Origin: a bacterium
Lineage (GTDB): Bacteria; Patescibacteriota; Minisyncoccia; UBA6257; 02-FULL-45-10c
Reading direction: 5' to 3'
Assembly: GCA_021786945.1 (NCBI GenBank)
Contig: JAJYMK010000001.1
Location: 64,794 to 128,793, forward strand
Length of the DNA stretch: 64,000 nt
The notes beneath the pieces were generated by a model. It searched no databases. It was not told the origin of the DNA and saw only the letters and a program-made list of their open reading frames with translations. Within the stretch, counting starts at the first letter, position 1, and every line of letters begins with the position of its first letter. Of this stretch, positions 1 through 9,798 are shown piece after piece. The translations under genes were made by a program, and so were the position numbers.

Positions 1-44
1 GAAATGAAATGGGTGCGATGTTAGGAAACGCAATGAAGCAATAA
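1..44 (+). CDS. C-terminal fragment of an upstream phage gene (possibly portal)
   Basis: The frame starting at base 3 reads NEMGAMLGNAMKQ* and stops 4 nt before the next ATG. The portal assignment rests on synteny only. Confidence 0.35.
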   Translation, partial: NEMGAMLGNAMKQ

Positions 45-48
45 ACCT

Positions 49-288
49 ATGAGCGAAAAAATAAACAAACAAACCGAGGAAACCATCAGCAATTTGTACG
101 AGACAAAGTATTTTGAAGCTTTGTCCGACCTGATTGCCGATGAATTGGAAATAACCAAGACTTGGTTATTAAACAAAGGATTGCCCACCGATGACATTCG
201 GCACTATCAAGGTCGAGCCGAAGGGTTGGGAGTCGTGTTGCTTAGAATAAAAGCAATTCATGACGAATTTATAAAACCAAAAATATGA
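49..288 (+). CDS. Small phage head-module protein (Bbp19-like position between portal and scaffold)
   Basis: 79-aa ORF containing YQGRAEGL; position upstream of the scaffold gene. Confidence 0.65.
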   Translation: MSEKINKQTEETISNLYETKYFEALSDLIADELEITKTWLLNKGLPTDDIRHYQGRAEGLGVVLLRIKAIHDEFIKPKI

Positions 289-310
289 AAACCTGATAAA
301 AACAATTTAA

Positions 311-418
311 GGAAATCGCCAAAATTTTGAGAGGTTCAGCTGGCCTCTTGAGATGGGATTTCTGGCGATTTCCACATCTTGAGAAGCCAACCGAGCCTCC
401 ACAAAGGGGCTCGGTTTT
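311..418 (+). promoter_or_regulatory. Structured RNA leader with alternative helices ending in an intrinsic terminator (attenuator-like)
   Basis: 311-321 pairs with 363-373; 331-355 pairs with 375-399; 389-399 pairs with 406-416 and runs into a U tract. Confidence 0.6.
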
Positions 419-491
419 ATTAACAGACGGACGCTTTGAAAGTCTTTCGTGAGGTCAGACTGGAAAAGAACAATCCGCCATTAATACGCCT

Positions 492-1346
492 ATGGAAAAA
501 CCAAACAATTCCGGCGCCGATCCGAACGCAAAGCCAGAGACTCCGTCTTTTGACGATGCAGTCGGAAAGGAACAACCGGTCAATTCAGTTCCGTCAGGCA
601 CTCCGAGCGGAGAGCAACCTGACAAAAAACCAGACGCTAAGGGTGAACAACCTAAAGATCAATCTGGCGACACGCCCAGCGATAAGGGCGAAAGTCCCGA
701 CGGTAAAAAGTCCGAGGGCGATAAATCCTTCTGGGGAAAGTTTAAGAGCGAGGATGATGCTAAACGCTCGTATGACGAAGCCCAGACCAAGATCATCGAG
801 CAAGGAAAAGAAATCAATGATTTGAAAACCCAACATGAGAAAAATGAACAGTTTCTCTCTGTGTTGGATCGAGCATTGGTTAAAAATCCGCAATTAGCCG
901 AACAGTTAAAAGCGGTACTTGCCGAGACCATGAAGTCCGGCGAATCGGAGCCGGAGGATACGCCCGACATAGAAGCTATCCTCGACAAAAAGCTTGAGGA
1001 AAGAGAAACCAAAGCAAAAACCAAAGCGGAAATTGATAAGTGGATCGAGGAACACGAGGACTTCAAAGAACCAGAATTGGGACACAAAGTTCTCGACATC
1101 ATCGAGAAAGAAAAACTGCCATTCAATGCTCGCACGCTTCAATTGGCCTACGACTCCATCACCAAGGATGCCCAAGCCAAGAAAGCAACCGAGGAAGCTT
1201 TGAAAAAAGAGGAAGTGAAAAATCTTGAGCGTGAAAATGCATCAGGTGTCGGAGGCGGTTCACCAACTACCAAAGGCCAAACGCCCAAAGATAATCCCTT
1301 TGACGATCTTGTGGGCGAAAGTATCAACCCAAACAAAGTCAGGTAA
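492..1346 (+). CDS. Phage capsid scaffolding protein
   Basis: Acidic disordered N-terminus, FWGKFKS..A..SY.EAQ motif and coiled coils; immediately upstream of the capsid gene. Confidence 0.8.
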   Translation: MEKPNNSGADPNAKPETPSFDDAVGKEQPVNSVPSGTPSGEQPDKKPDAKGEQPKDQSGDTPSDKGESPDGKKSEGDKSFWGKFKSEDDAKRSYDEAQTKIIEQGKEINDLKTQHEKNEQFLSVLDRALVKNPQLAEQLKAVLAETMKSGESEPEDTPDIEAILDKKLEERETKAKTKAEIDKWIEEHEDFKEPELGHKVLDIIEKEKLPFNARTLQLAYDSITKDAQAKKATEEALKKEEVKNLERENASGVGGGSPTTKGQTPKDNPFDDLVGESINPNKVR

Positions 1347-1405
1347 TGCTTATTAGATTTGAGGTCTCGTGAGCGGTTACCGGCTTTCTAACATAAAACA
1401 AAATT

Positions 1406-2629
1406 ATGTCTGAACCAACCCATCTCATCGGAACGAGGAACACACTGACGATTGAACAATCACAGCGTATTCCCGATGTCGATGACAAAATATTCCTTCT
1501 TGAACCAGGCGAATCACCGCTCACTGCTTTCTTGACCCAAATCGGAAAGATTGGTGACGGTGGAGGCAAGTTCAAAGGAATGGCTCTCCAAAAAAGAGTC
1601 GTCTATAACCCGGAGTTTACTGAATATGAGGATCAGTACTCCGGTGTCTGGGCTCGAATTAACAACGGCGGTGGCTACCTCGTAGGTGCAACCGACATTG
1701 TTGTCGATAGTCCAGGTGCCTCAATTTTCTCCAAGTACGATCTGATTAAAAACACTCGTACCGGTGAAATCATGAGAGTCACCAATGTTAATTATTCCAC
1801 GAACACTCTAACCGTAAGTCGTGGAGCCGGTGCCACTGCGGCGGCCGCCATCAATGATGACGACTGGCTATTGGTCATCGGTCCTGCTTTTGAGGAAGGA
1901 TCAAAGTCTGGTGATTCCAACACGACCAAACTCGTGAAAGTCACCAACTACACCCAAATCTTCAAAACAAAATTCGGTGTCACTCAAACCGAGAACGCTT
2001 CGAAGCTCTATCCATCCGGTGCTCCGGGTGCGGACTTGAAGTACCTGCGTGCAAAGCATGGTATCGAGCAAGCAAAGAAAATCGAACGCGCGTATTGGTT
2101 TGGTGAAAAGAAAGAAGTCACCGGTCCCGATGGTAAACCACTCCGCTTAACTGGAGGTATTTTGGAATCCATCATCGCCGCCGGAAATGTGCAAGATGAA
2201 TCAAGCTCGAGCTTAACCGAAGCCGAATTCCGATCATTCTTGCAGAACTATGCCTTTAAGTATGGTTCAAGCGAGAAATACTTCTTCTGTGGCAATACTG
2301 TACTCGGTTATTTGGAAGGCTTTGCCACGAGCAAGATGTATGTCGTTCCAACCGATAAGACATACGGAGTAGAAATCCGTAAATTCCAGTCTTCATTCGG
2401 TACCTTGAACATTGTTCGTCACCCGATGTTCGACAATCAGTACGCCGGAATGGGAGTCGTATTGGATCTTTCAACCTTAAAGCATTGTCCTCTGAATGGT
2501 CGAGACACTTCTCTCGAAACCAACATTCAGGACAACGATGCTGACGAGGAAGTCGACCAATACAAAACCGAAGTCGGTTTGCAGAGAGTCAACTTCGAAA
2601 AGAACGCTTTGCTTAAGGGTGTTGCCTAA
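1406..2629 (+). CDS. Major capsid protein (HK97 fold, SU10/DUF5309-like)
   Basis: Motifs P.ESPLTA, NYTQIF, IERAYWFG, LTGGI and SSFGTLNIVRH; 407 aa following the scaffold. Confidence 0.88.
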   Translation: MSEPTHLIGTRNTLTIEQSQRIPDVDDKIFLLEPGESPLTAFLTQIGKIGDGGGKFKGMALQKRVVYNPEFTEYEDQYSGVWARINNGGGYLVGATDIVVDSPGASIFSKYDLIKNTRTGEIMRVTNVNYSTNTLTVSRGAGATAAAAINDDDWLLVIGPAFEEGSKSGDSNTTKLVKVTNYTQIFKTKFGVTQTENASKLYPSGAPGADLKYLRAKHGIEQAKKIERAYWFGEKKEVTGPDGKPLRLTGGILESIIAAGNVQDESSSSLTEAEFRSFLQNYAFKYGSSEKYFFCGNTVLGYLEGFATSKMYVVPTDKTYGVEIRKFQSSFGTLNIVRHPMFDNQYAGMGVVLDLSTLKHCPLNGRDTSLETNIQDNDADEEVDQYKTEVGLQRVNFEKNALLKGVA

Positions 2630-2639
2630 ACCTGACCAA

Positions 2640-2698
2640 GGCTCTGCTCTGACTCGCTGGCCTCCACTCTGTGGAAGCCAGGAGTAAGGGCGGATGCC
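2640..2698 (+). promoter_or_regulatory. Long imperfect RNA hairpin after the capsid gene
   Basis: GGCTCTGCTCT-GACTC-GCTGGCCTCCAC pairs with GTGGAAGCCAG-GAGT-AAGGGCGGATGCC; there is no U tract. Confidence 0.55.
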
Positions 2699-2733
2699 AG
2701 ATAAAAATTAAAAACTTAATTAATAAAACTTAT

Positions 2734-3090
2734 ATGGCTAAATTTAATTCCCATATCAAAAGACTCAAGATCGTCCTTAAACCGGCTATGCCGATATTTG
2801 AGGGTGGATTAAAAATCGGCGATCAGCCGGGAGTTTACGCTCTGTTCGAAGATGGTCAATTTGAGACCAAGGATGAGGAAATCATCAAACAACTTGAGGG
2901 CTTAGACACATTCAAAATAGATTTTTGGCGTGTGTCTGGTGAGTCCAGTCCAGTCGAGGACACTACAGTCGACAAAGACTTTGTGAAGCTAACCAAAAAA
3001 GAGCTTCAATCTCTGGCAAAAGAAAAAGGTGTTGAGGTCGACGGCACTGAAACAAAAGAAAGACTGGTCGAGCTTTTGACCGACAAATAA
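2734..3090 (+). CDS. Phage protein with C-terminal HeH/Rho-N-like domain
   Basis: FEDGQFETKDEEII motif and C-terminal LTKKELQSLAKEKGV...TKERLVELL. The ATG at 2734 is preferred over the GTG at 2671. Confidence 0.7.
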   Translation: MAKFNSHIKRLKIVLKPAMPIFEGGLKIGDQPGVYALFEDGQFETKDEEIIKQLEGLDTFKIDFWRVSGESSPVEDTTVDKDFVKLTKKELQSLAKEKGVEVDGTETKERLVELLTDK

Positions 3091-3123
3091 AACCTTAAGG
3101 GGTCGATAATCTAAAACAAACTT

Positions 3124-3903
3124 ATGCCAATCGTATCAGCAGACTTAAAAGAATATAAATCGTCAGCAACCAATTCTGACGGTGCTGGAATTTCGGCGAC
3201 TGAAGTAGTCGACAATACCGATAATAACCTGTTCACCGACATAACTGGTGACGAAGCGACTGCCGGTGGCACTGAGTATCGAAAGATATTCAGGAAAAAT
3301 ACCCATGCAACGCTTACTTGGCAAAACATAGTCTCGTGGCTATTAAGCCAACCAACCAATTCCGCCTTATCGTTCGGTTTTGGTTTGGATCATGCAGATG
3401 ATGCAGATGGTGCTCAAGGAAACATGTCGGCGTTCGGGGCAAATGCCGTTGTCGCTGTGGTATCCGATGGTGCAGACACCAGACAACTAACCGTTGTCGG
3501 CGAGGATGCTTCCGGAAACAGACAGACCGAAACATTAACTTTGAACGGTACAACCGAAGTGGTCGGATCGCTTACATTTTCCAAAGTGTATGCGGTTTAT
3601 GCCAACTCACTCTCCGCTTCAAGATCAGTGACTATTAAACAAGGTGCCGGAGGTACATCAAGAGGAACTATCGGAACGAATAAAAAGATTTGTTTCCTTT
3701 GGTTCGGAAAGAGATATTCCGCCGGTTCATTGGTCAACGCCGAGGGTGGCGATATGGCCAGCAAAGCAACCGGTCTGAAGTGTGGAGATGTCGCACCTGC
3801 CGGAAACTTCGGACTATGGTATCGCATTACTTGGCCAGCTGGCGCTGGTGCAGTAACTGCCACGACAACCCAAGTGAAATCCGAGGGTGACACTGCGGCC
3901 TAA
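3124..3903 (+). CDS. Phage virion structural protein
   Basis: NNLFTDITGDEATAGGTEYRKIF motif of the type seen in phage structural proteins; Gly/Ala/Thr-rich beta composition. Confidence 0.65.
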   Translation: MPIVSADLKEYKSSATNSDGAGISATEVVDNTDNNLFTDITGDEATAGGTEYRKIFRKNTHATLTWQNIVSWLLSQPTNSALSFGFGLDHADDADGAQGNMSAFGANAVVAVVSDGADTRQLTVVGEDASGNRQTETLTLNGTTEVVGSLTFSKVYAVYANSLSASRSVTIKQGAGGTSRGTIGTNKKICFLWFGKRYSAGSLVNAEGGDMASKATGLKCGDVAPAGNFGLWYRITWPAGAGAVTATTTQVKSEGDTAA

Positions 3904-3919
3904 AAGAAATTAAAAAGCT

Positions 3920-5473
3920 ATGGCTAAAACTTTCTTAACAAAAAAGAATAACGCCAAAAGCACAACCACGGACAATCCATTGCTTTCGGGTGCGACTGTC
4001 CTCAATGTGCAGACCGGTGATGGGGTGAAGTTTCCATCGGCACCATTCCACGCCACGCTTTACTCAAGCGATCCAAGTGTGGGAGAAATTGTGAAAATAA
4101 CAACGATCGTAACCGATCAATTCACAATTGAACGAGCCAAAGAAAACACCACTGCCCAACAATGGCCTCAAGGTACACGCCTTGAACTTTTGGTGACAGC
4201 CAAGCTTTTTGACGACTTCCAAACAAGAACCGAAGTAATCGTAGCGACAGACGGATCGGGCGACTATAACTGCGACGGCACGGCCGATCAAACAGAGATT
4301 AATGAAGCTATAAGCAATCTGCCAGCCGGTGGCGGAATCGTAAGAATCAAGAAAGGAACTTATAACCTGACTGGTGTCGTTGAGATCTTAAAGAGCAATG
4401 TCATTCTCGAGGGCGAAGGGACAGCAACACTTTTGCGTGTCGCAAACTCTGCCAACTTGGGAGATGTTGTGAGAATTGGAAATGGTGGAAGTGTCAGCTA
4501 CACCAACATCACGGTCCGAGACTTTATGATCGACGGCAACCAAGCCAATCAGACATCGGGTGCCAATAGTCCTCTCGTGCTTTGGGGAACTGCATCGTAT
4601 AAGCACAGCAAACTGACAATAGAAAACTTATGGCTTACTGGTGCGAAACAAGATTGCTTAAAAGTCATTGCCATTGAGGATAGTGTAATAAAAAATTGTT
4701 ACATCTATTCAAACACCGGAACAGCAATCGGATTATTCACCAGCTCTCAATACATCAGCATCATTGGTAATGTGCTGGCTTCAAATTCTTACGGAATATA
4801 CGACAACGCTTGCAACTACAACACCATCACCGGAAATGTGATCCGAAATAATGGCTACGGCTTTTATGTAAACAGCGGGTGGCGAGAAGTATTCACAGGC
4901 AACATGGTGTTCACCAGTACAAACTACGGGGTCTATCTCGTTGGTGCTCAAAGAGTGGCCGTAACTGGAAATCACTTCTACGGAGATAGCTGGAGTATTG
5001 TAGTTGGCAATAGTACCAATGCCACTAAATACAATGTGATCACTGGAAACACGATCACATATCCTACCAGCCAAGGCATTGCCCTCTACTACGGTTCGGG
5101 TACGACAGTCAGCAATGTTATAAGCGGAAACCACATCTTCGGTGCCGGTGGACATGGGATATATCTTTATGGATCGTCCTTCAACACAATCACCGGAAAT
5201 GCGATTGATAATGCTTCGAGAAATGCAAACAATACCTCGAACAGCATCTACCTATCGAACAACGGCTCAGTCTATTCAACCTACAATGTGATCTCGTCAA
5301 ACAATCTTCATGCCACGCAAACTAACAAGTCCGCCTATCACATCAGAGAGCAAAGTGCGAGCGATGATTATAACTTAGCAATCGGCAATATTTGCAATGG
5401 TGGGGTCACAGCTCAAATCAGCTTACAAGGAACCAATTCAGTGAGAGGAACTAACATACCGGCTTCCGGTTAA
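3920..5473 (+). CDS. Tailspike/fibre with right-handed parallel beta-helix (pectate-lyase-like)
   Basis: DGTADQTEINEAI..LPAGGG.V.IKKGTY entry motif followed by many ITGN/ISGN coil repeats. Confidence 0.85.
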   Translation: MAKTFLTKKNNAKSTTTDNPLLSGATVLNVQTGDGVKFPSAPFHATLYSSDPSVGEIVKITTIVTDQFTIERAKENTTAQQWPQGTRLELLVTAKLFDDFQTRTEVIVATDGSGDYNCDGTADQTEINEAISNLPAGGGIVRIKKGTYNLTGVVEILKSNVILEGEGTATLLRVANSANLGDVVRIGNGGSVSYTNITVRDFMIDGNQANQTSGANSPLVLWGTASYKHSKLTIENLWLTGAKQDCLKVIAIEDSVIKNCYIYSNTGTAIGLFTSSQYISIIGNVLASNSYGIYDNACNYNTITGNVIRNNGYGFYVNSGWREVFTGNMVFTSTNYGVYLVGAQRVAVTGNHFYGDSWSIVVGNSTNATKYNVITGNTITYPTSQGIALYYGSGTTVSNVISGNHIFGAGGHGIYLYGSSFNTITGNAIDNASRNANNTSNSIYLSNNGSVYSTYNVISSNNLHATQTNKSAYHIREQSASDDYNLAIGNICNGGVTAQISLQGTNSVRGTNIPASG

Positions 5474-5477
5474 AACT

Positions 5478-6947
5478 ATGTTCAACGCTTATCAATTCAA
5501 CACGGCTCAACTAAACAACACCGGTTCAAAGCCAATCGCTAAAGCCGTGAGTTATGCGTTGGATGTATTCGGACTGGTAAGCAAACAGATCACATACTTG
5601 CTTGATAGTTTCGTCACAATTTCGCATGCCAGAACATATATCCTCGACATCAAGAACTTAATGGCAAAAATAGAAACCTACATTCTCGATGCTTTCGGAC
5701 TTTCAAACAGGATGACTGCCTACAAGTTTGATGTTAGGAGTTTGATTGTCAAAATGGAATCTTATGTTTTGGATATATTTCAAACAATCACAAAAAGCCT
5801 GACATACAGATTCGACATCAGAATCATCGTTGTCAAAACAGAAAGATACATCCTCGATGTGTTTGGATTAATTGCGAAACTGATCGCTTATAAACTCGAT
5901 ATCAGAAACCTTGCCACGAAACTTGAGACTTATGTTTTAGATATTCGCCTAAAGGTGAATAAAACTGCATCATACCTCTTCGACATAATTGGTGGTGCAT
6001 GGCTTGGATTGGTTTATAAGTTGGATGTTAGAAACATCACCACAAAGAGTATGGCGTACCGGTTTGATGTTCTGATCACACTCGGCCGAACGATAACCTA
6101 CAAGTTTGATTCTTTTCTCACGGCTCTCAAACAGTCGATATACAAATGGGATATAAGAAACACGGCTCAGAAGTTAATGGCCTATGTGATGGACATCAGA
6201 AATACGATTGCCAGATTGGAAACATACAAGCTTGATGTTAGAAACTTGGCCACCAAGATTGAAAGATATTTGATCGACATCAGAAGTCTCACATCCAAAG
6301 CTTGGACTTACATCTTGGATATAAGAAATATTGCCGGTAAGACTGAAAGTTATTTGCTCGACATTAAAAACCTTATTGCCAAAAACACCCGATACTTGTT
6401 TGACTCGCTGATCACTGTTTTGAGACAGACAATCTATCTCTTGGACATCAGGAGTTTAACAACCAAAGCAATGCGATATGTGTTGGACATTCAAGTGCTG
6501 ATTGCCAAGTTGGAAACTTATAAATTAGACATCCGCAACCTTGCCACAAAGATCGAAAGATATGTACTGGATATCAGAAGTTTGATTGCTAAAACCGAAA
6601 CCTATCTCTTGGACATCCTAAGCAAGATTACGAAATGGTGGACTTATAAATTAGACATTCTGATAACCACCGGCAAGCAATGGACATACTTATTCGACAT
6701 TCGAGGATTGATTGCGAAAGTCTGGAGTTATCGCTTCAGGATTTGGAAAATTATTGAGGGTGTAAAAATAGCGGTTGAATTCTTATCTGCAAAACTGTCG
6801 GTCCTAATGCTTAACGCCAGAGAGTCGCTTGGATTAGTTAATGCTAGGACAAACATTGAGGTCAAAAATGCCAAACAAGATCAATCATTGCAATCAGCAA
6901 GATTGGATGTCGGTCTTGGTAAAGGCAATAAAGATATAAAACTATGA
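5478..6947 (+). CDS. Repeat-rich putative fibre protein (28 tandem 14-aa Y-x-hydrophobic-D repeats)
   Basis: Exact 14-residue period (e.g. YKLDIRNLATKIER); N-terminal FNxxxFN motif. Confidence 0.75.
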   Translation: MFNAYQFNTAQLNNTGSKPIAKAVSYALDVFGLVSKQITYLLDSFVTISHARTYILDIKNLMAKIETYILDAFGLSNRMTAYKFDVRSLIVKMESYVLDIFQTITKSLTYRFDIRIIVVKTERYILDVFGLIAKLIAYKLDIRNLATKLETYVLDIRLKVNKTASYLFDIIGGAWLGLVYKLDVRNITTKSMAYRFDVLITLGRTITYKFDSFLTALKQSIYKWDIRNTAQKLMAYVMDIRNTIARLETYKLDVRNLATKIERYLIDIRSLTSKAWTYILDIRNIAGKTESYLLDIKNLIAKNTRYLFDSLITVLRQTIYLLDIRSLTTKAMRYVLDIQVLIAKLETYKLDIRNLATKIERYVLDIRSLIAKTETYLLDILSKITKWWTYKLDILITTGKQWTYLFDIRGLIAKVWSYRFRIWKIIEGVKIAVEFLSAKLSVLMLNARESLGLVNARTNIEVKNAKQDQSLQSARLDVGLGKGNKDIKL

Positions 6948-7258
6948 GCGTAAAAATTGTTCAAGACGATACAAGACCACCACTGGAATTCAATCTGACT
7001 CAAGATGGTTCACCTGTAGATTTAACCGGATGCACGGTCAAATTCTACATGAAAGATGCCACCAGCGGATCAGTAAAAATCAGTGGTAGTACTTGCGTGA
7101 TAACCGATGCCACCAAAGGTAAATGCAAATACCTCTGGACTTCATCGGATACCAACACAGCCGGAACTTATGTGGGAGAGGTTGAGGTCACTTTTCCTGA
7201 CGGAAAGATTCAGACCGGCTATAAACAAATCGGAATCACAATAAGAGCTGACATCTAA
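6944..7258 (+). CDS. BppU N-terminal-like (DUF2479-type) Ig-like phage protein
   Basis: QDDTRPPL, PVDLTGCTVKF, DATKGKCKY.W and GTYVGEVEVT motifs. Confidence 0.75.
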   Translation: MSVKIVQDDTRPPLEFNLTQDGSPVDLTGCTVKFYMKDATSGSVKISGSTCVITDATKGKCKYLWTSSDTNTAGTYVGEVEVTFPDGKIQTGYKQIGITIRADI

Positions 7259-7262
7259 AACT

Positions 7263-7895
7263 ATGACCAGAGGCGATATAAAAACAGCAATAAAAAACGA
7301 AGTCGATGATCAGACCGTTGACTCAACACTGCTCAACACATGGGTTCAAAGAGCCGATGAGAAAGTGCAGAGTTGGCGTCCATCGGATGATCGAGATCAG
7401 ACATTTGATTATTGGGATTATCTCAAAACCGAACAGCCGTTCACAACGGTTGCCAATCAAGAGAAATATCCAGTGCCAGAAAATTATCGTGCGTTCATCG
7501 AACTAAGAATCGGAACGGATAAAACACCTTATAAGCTGATCGACTTCCGAGACAGAGACAAGTTTGATGACCATGCGGTGTATATGCTGGGCGGTTATTT
7601 CTACCCGATAGCGACACCAACAATTGATGGTAATGCCATGAGGTTTGTCTTTGTCCGAATATCCGATGACTTTGCGTCCGACAATGACGAACCGGAGGTC
7701 GAAAAACTCTACCACCAAGCCTATGTCGAGTGGGGTAAGAAAATGTACTACAACCAACAAGGCGACACTGAATTGGAACGACAGGCCGAGAATAACTTCG
7801 AGAGAACAATGATTGGTAAATGGCGTGATCAAGAATTAGCCAGAATGTCTTCAGCTTCGGATCAAGCCGAAATTCCAAGAAGTAGTCTTGTATAA
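7263..7895 (+). CDS. Head-tail adaptor (tail tubular protein A-like)
   Basis: WDYL..E, TVANQEKYPVP, YP...PT and P.VEKLYHQA pattern typical of podovirus adaptors. Confidence 0.7.
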   Translation: MTRGDIKTAIKNEVDDQTVDSTLLNTWVQRADEKVQSWRPSDDRDQTFDYWDYLKTEQPFTTVANQEKYPVPENYRAFIELRIGTDKTPYKLIDFRDRDKFDDHAVYMLGGYFYPIATPTIDGNAMRFVFVRISDDFASDNDEPEVEKLYHQAYVEWGKKMYYNQQGDTELERQAENNFERTMIGKWRDQELARMSSASDQAEIPRSSLV

Positions 7896-7904
7896 ACAAC
7901 AACT

Positions 7905-9596
7905 ATGTCACTACCAAAGAAAATCTGGAAAACATCACAATTCCACAAAGGCATCTCAAACCTTAATGCCGAGGGAACCTTTTGGTTTTCAAACGGATTG
8001 GAATTTGATCAGTATCCTCCGTATTTGAAAGTGGCAAATAAATTTTTCAAAGAAAGTGACAGCGTAAGCGTGCCGACATTGAATCAGCCGACTTATATGT
8101 GTTATTTCAATTATCGATATTATTGCGTCAATCATGATGACGGAAAGATTTTTGAAAATAATTACAATAGCTGGACTGAAGTACACGACAGCGTAAACAT
8201 CTGGGGAGGAAGCGGATTATATGCCGATGACGATTATATGTACTACGCCGGAAGTACTTGGGTCGGTCGCTTTGATAAAAACACATGGGTGGACAATTGG
8301 CAGTCGTTTAATGTGAACACGGCATTTGACGATGTACCAATCACCAAGTTTTTGAAATTCATTTGCTTTGGAAATAAAAACTATTTAGCCACATGGGATA
8401 CAGGGGCAAGCTCTTGGAATCCCAACAAGCTAACGCTACCGACTGGCTATGTGATTATGTGGCTTGCACCGCTTACCGACTATCTCGTCATTTCCGCTCA
8501 CCATCCGACATTCGGATCAGCTTTGTTTTTCTGGGATGGATATTCGCAAACTTATAATCGTGTTTTACAACTAACCCAAACTCAAAGCTTGGCTGGTTGC
8601 GTTGATAAAAATGTTTTGTATTTCCTAACAAGGGACGGCTGGATCTGCCGATTTAATGGTTCGGGAATAGAAAAACTTAATAAGTTTCCTGAAATGAATC
8701 ATGAGGACTACATATCACTGAAAGCTGGATGCATGAAAGTTTATCAAGGCACAATTCTCATCGCTAAAGGATCAAATACCTACGATGTGAGTCGCCGAAA
8801 TCAATATTGCGGAATTTGGTGCTACAACCCATCAACTAACGCTCTTTATTTCAAGCACAGAATATCAACCGGTGCAGTCAATCATGTGACTCCAGGATTA
8901 GCGGTAATGTATGGACTTTATGTCGATAACAATACGATTCGAGTAATGTACAGCGACGGTAATAAATCAATCATCGATGTAAACCATGACACTGGAACAT
9001 TCAGACCTTATGAATTCGGGGCGTACTGGATCAGTCCGCTGATAGACAATGATCCATATCTTCGCAAGAGATGGAAACAAATAATTTTGAACTTTTTCAA
9101 ACCAATGCCTAATAGCAGTTTTGCGAGGTTTGAACTTAAGTACAACACCACTGAACAGAATATAAGAGATCAAGCGAAATATGTGACTGGCGGAGGTTCG
9201 GATTACTTTACCGTTTCTTATTTTAGTAGCTCGTATGAGGTTGGTGACGAAGTGATTATTCTTGCCGGTCCGGCCGCCGGACAGATTAGGCACATAAAAA
9301 GCATGGACAATGCAACAAAAACAATTTATCTGGATGAAACCCTGTACTATGTCGGGACTTCACAAGGATATTTGCAAGCCGGAGATTATGTGGCGATCAC
9401 ACCTTTTAAACGGCTTGGAACGATTAAAGGAAATGAAAATCAAGGCAAGGTAAATAAAATGCTTCGGTTTAATGCGAGGTCAAAAAAGATTCAATTCAAG
9501 GTCGAAGTCTGGAGTAATTCTGGATACTCGGGCGAATGGGACATGGGATTAAAAGATGTGTCCGCCGTATTCGTTCCGGACAGAATAATTAAATAA
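7905..9596 (+). CDS. Tail nozzle / tail tubular protein B-like beta-propeller
   Basis: 563-aa aromatic beta-rich protein following the adaptor; FFWDG and RKRWKQI motifs. Confidence 0.65.
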   Translation: MSLPKKIWKTSQFHKGISNLNAEGTFWFSNGLEFDQYPPYLKVANKFFKESDSVSVPTLNQPTYMCYFNYRYYCVNHDDGKIFENNYNSWTEVHDSVNIWGGSGLYADDDYMYYAGSTWVGRFDKNTWVDNWQSFNVNTAFDDVPITKFLKFICFGNKNYLATWDTGASSWNPNKLTLPTGYVIMWLAPLTDYLVISAHHPTFGSALFFWDGYSQTYNRVLQLTQTQSLAGCVDKNVLYFLTRDGWICRFNGSGIEKLNKFPEMNHEDYISLKAGCMKVYQGTILIAKGSNTYDVSRRNQYCGIWCYNPSTNALYFKHRISTGAVNHVTPGLAVMYGLYVDNNTIRVMYSDGNKSIIDVNHDTGTFRPYEFGAYWISPLIDNDPYLRKRWKQIILNFFKPMPNSSFARFELKYNTTEQNIRDQAKYVTGGGSDYFTVSYFSSSYEVGDEVIILAGPAAGQIRHIKSMDNATKTIYLDETLYYVGTSQGYLQAGDYVAITPFKRLGTIKGNENQGKVNKMLRFNARSKKIQFKVEVWSNSGYSGEWDMGLKDVSAVFVPDRIIK

Positions 9597-9600
9597 ACAT

Positions 9601-9798
9601 ATGACTAAATTCACATTGGAAAAAATAGATCAAGAGAATGTAAAAAAGACAGACATTCGTGAGGATGTCTCAACGGTGAACATTCCAGCTTTAGAAAAAC
9701 AAAAGTCCGAACTGGAACAACAGATCACCTCAATGCAAAAACAACTCGACCAAATAAACGAGGTCTTGGCCGAGTATAAGAAACTTCCACAAACATGA
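9601..9798 (+). CDS. Small coiled-coil phage protein
   Basis: Heptad pattern LEKQKSELEQQITSMQKQL; tightly packed in the operon. Confidence 0.6.
   Translation: MTKFTLEKIDQENVKKTDIREDVSTVNIPALEKQKSELEQQITSMQKQLDQINEVLAEYKKLPQT

Noticed and set aside
436-825. Alternative-frame 129-aa ORF and antisense ORFs over the scaffold gene
   Set aside because: Shadow ORFs of the scaffold gene with no recognisable motifs.
5478-6947. 42-bp periodic DNA as a possible CRISPR array or DGR template/variable repeat
   Set aside because: Conservation is at the protein level, there are no identical repeats with unique spacers, and no cas or reverse transcriptase gene lies in the window.
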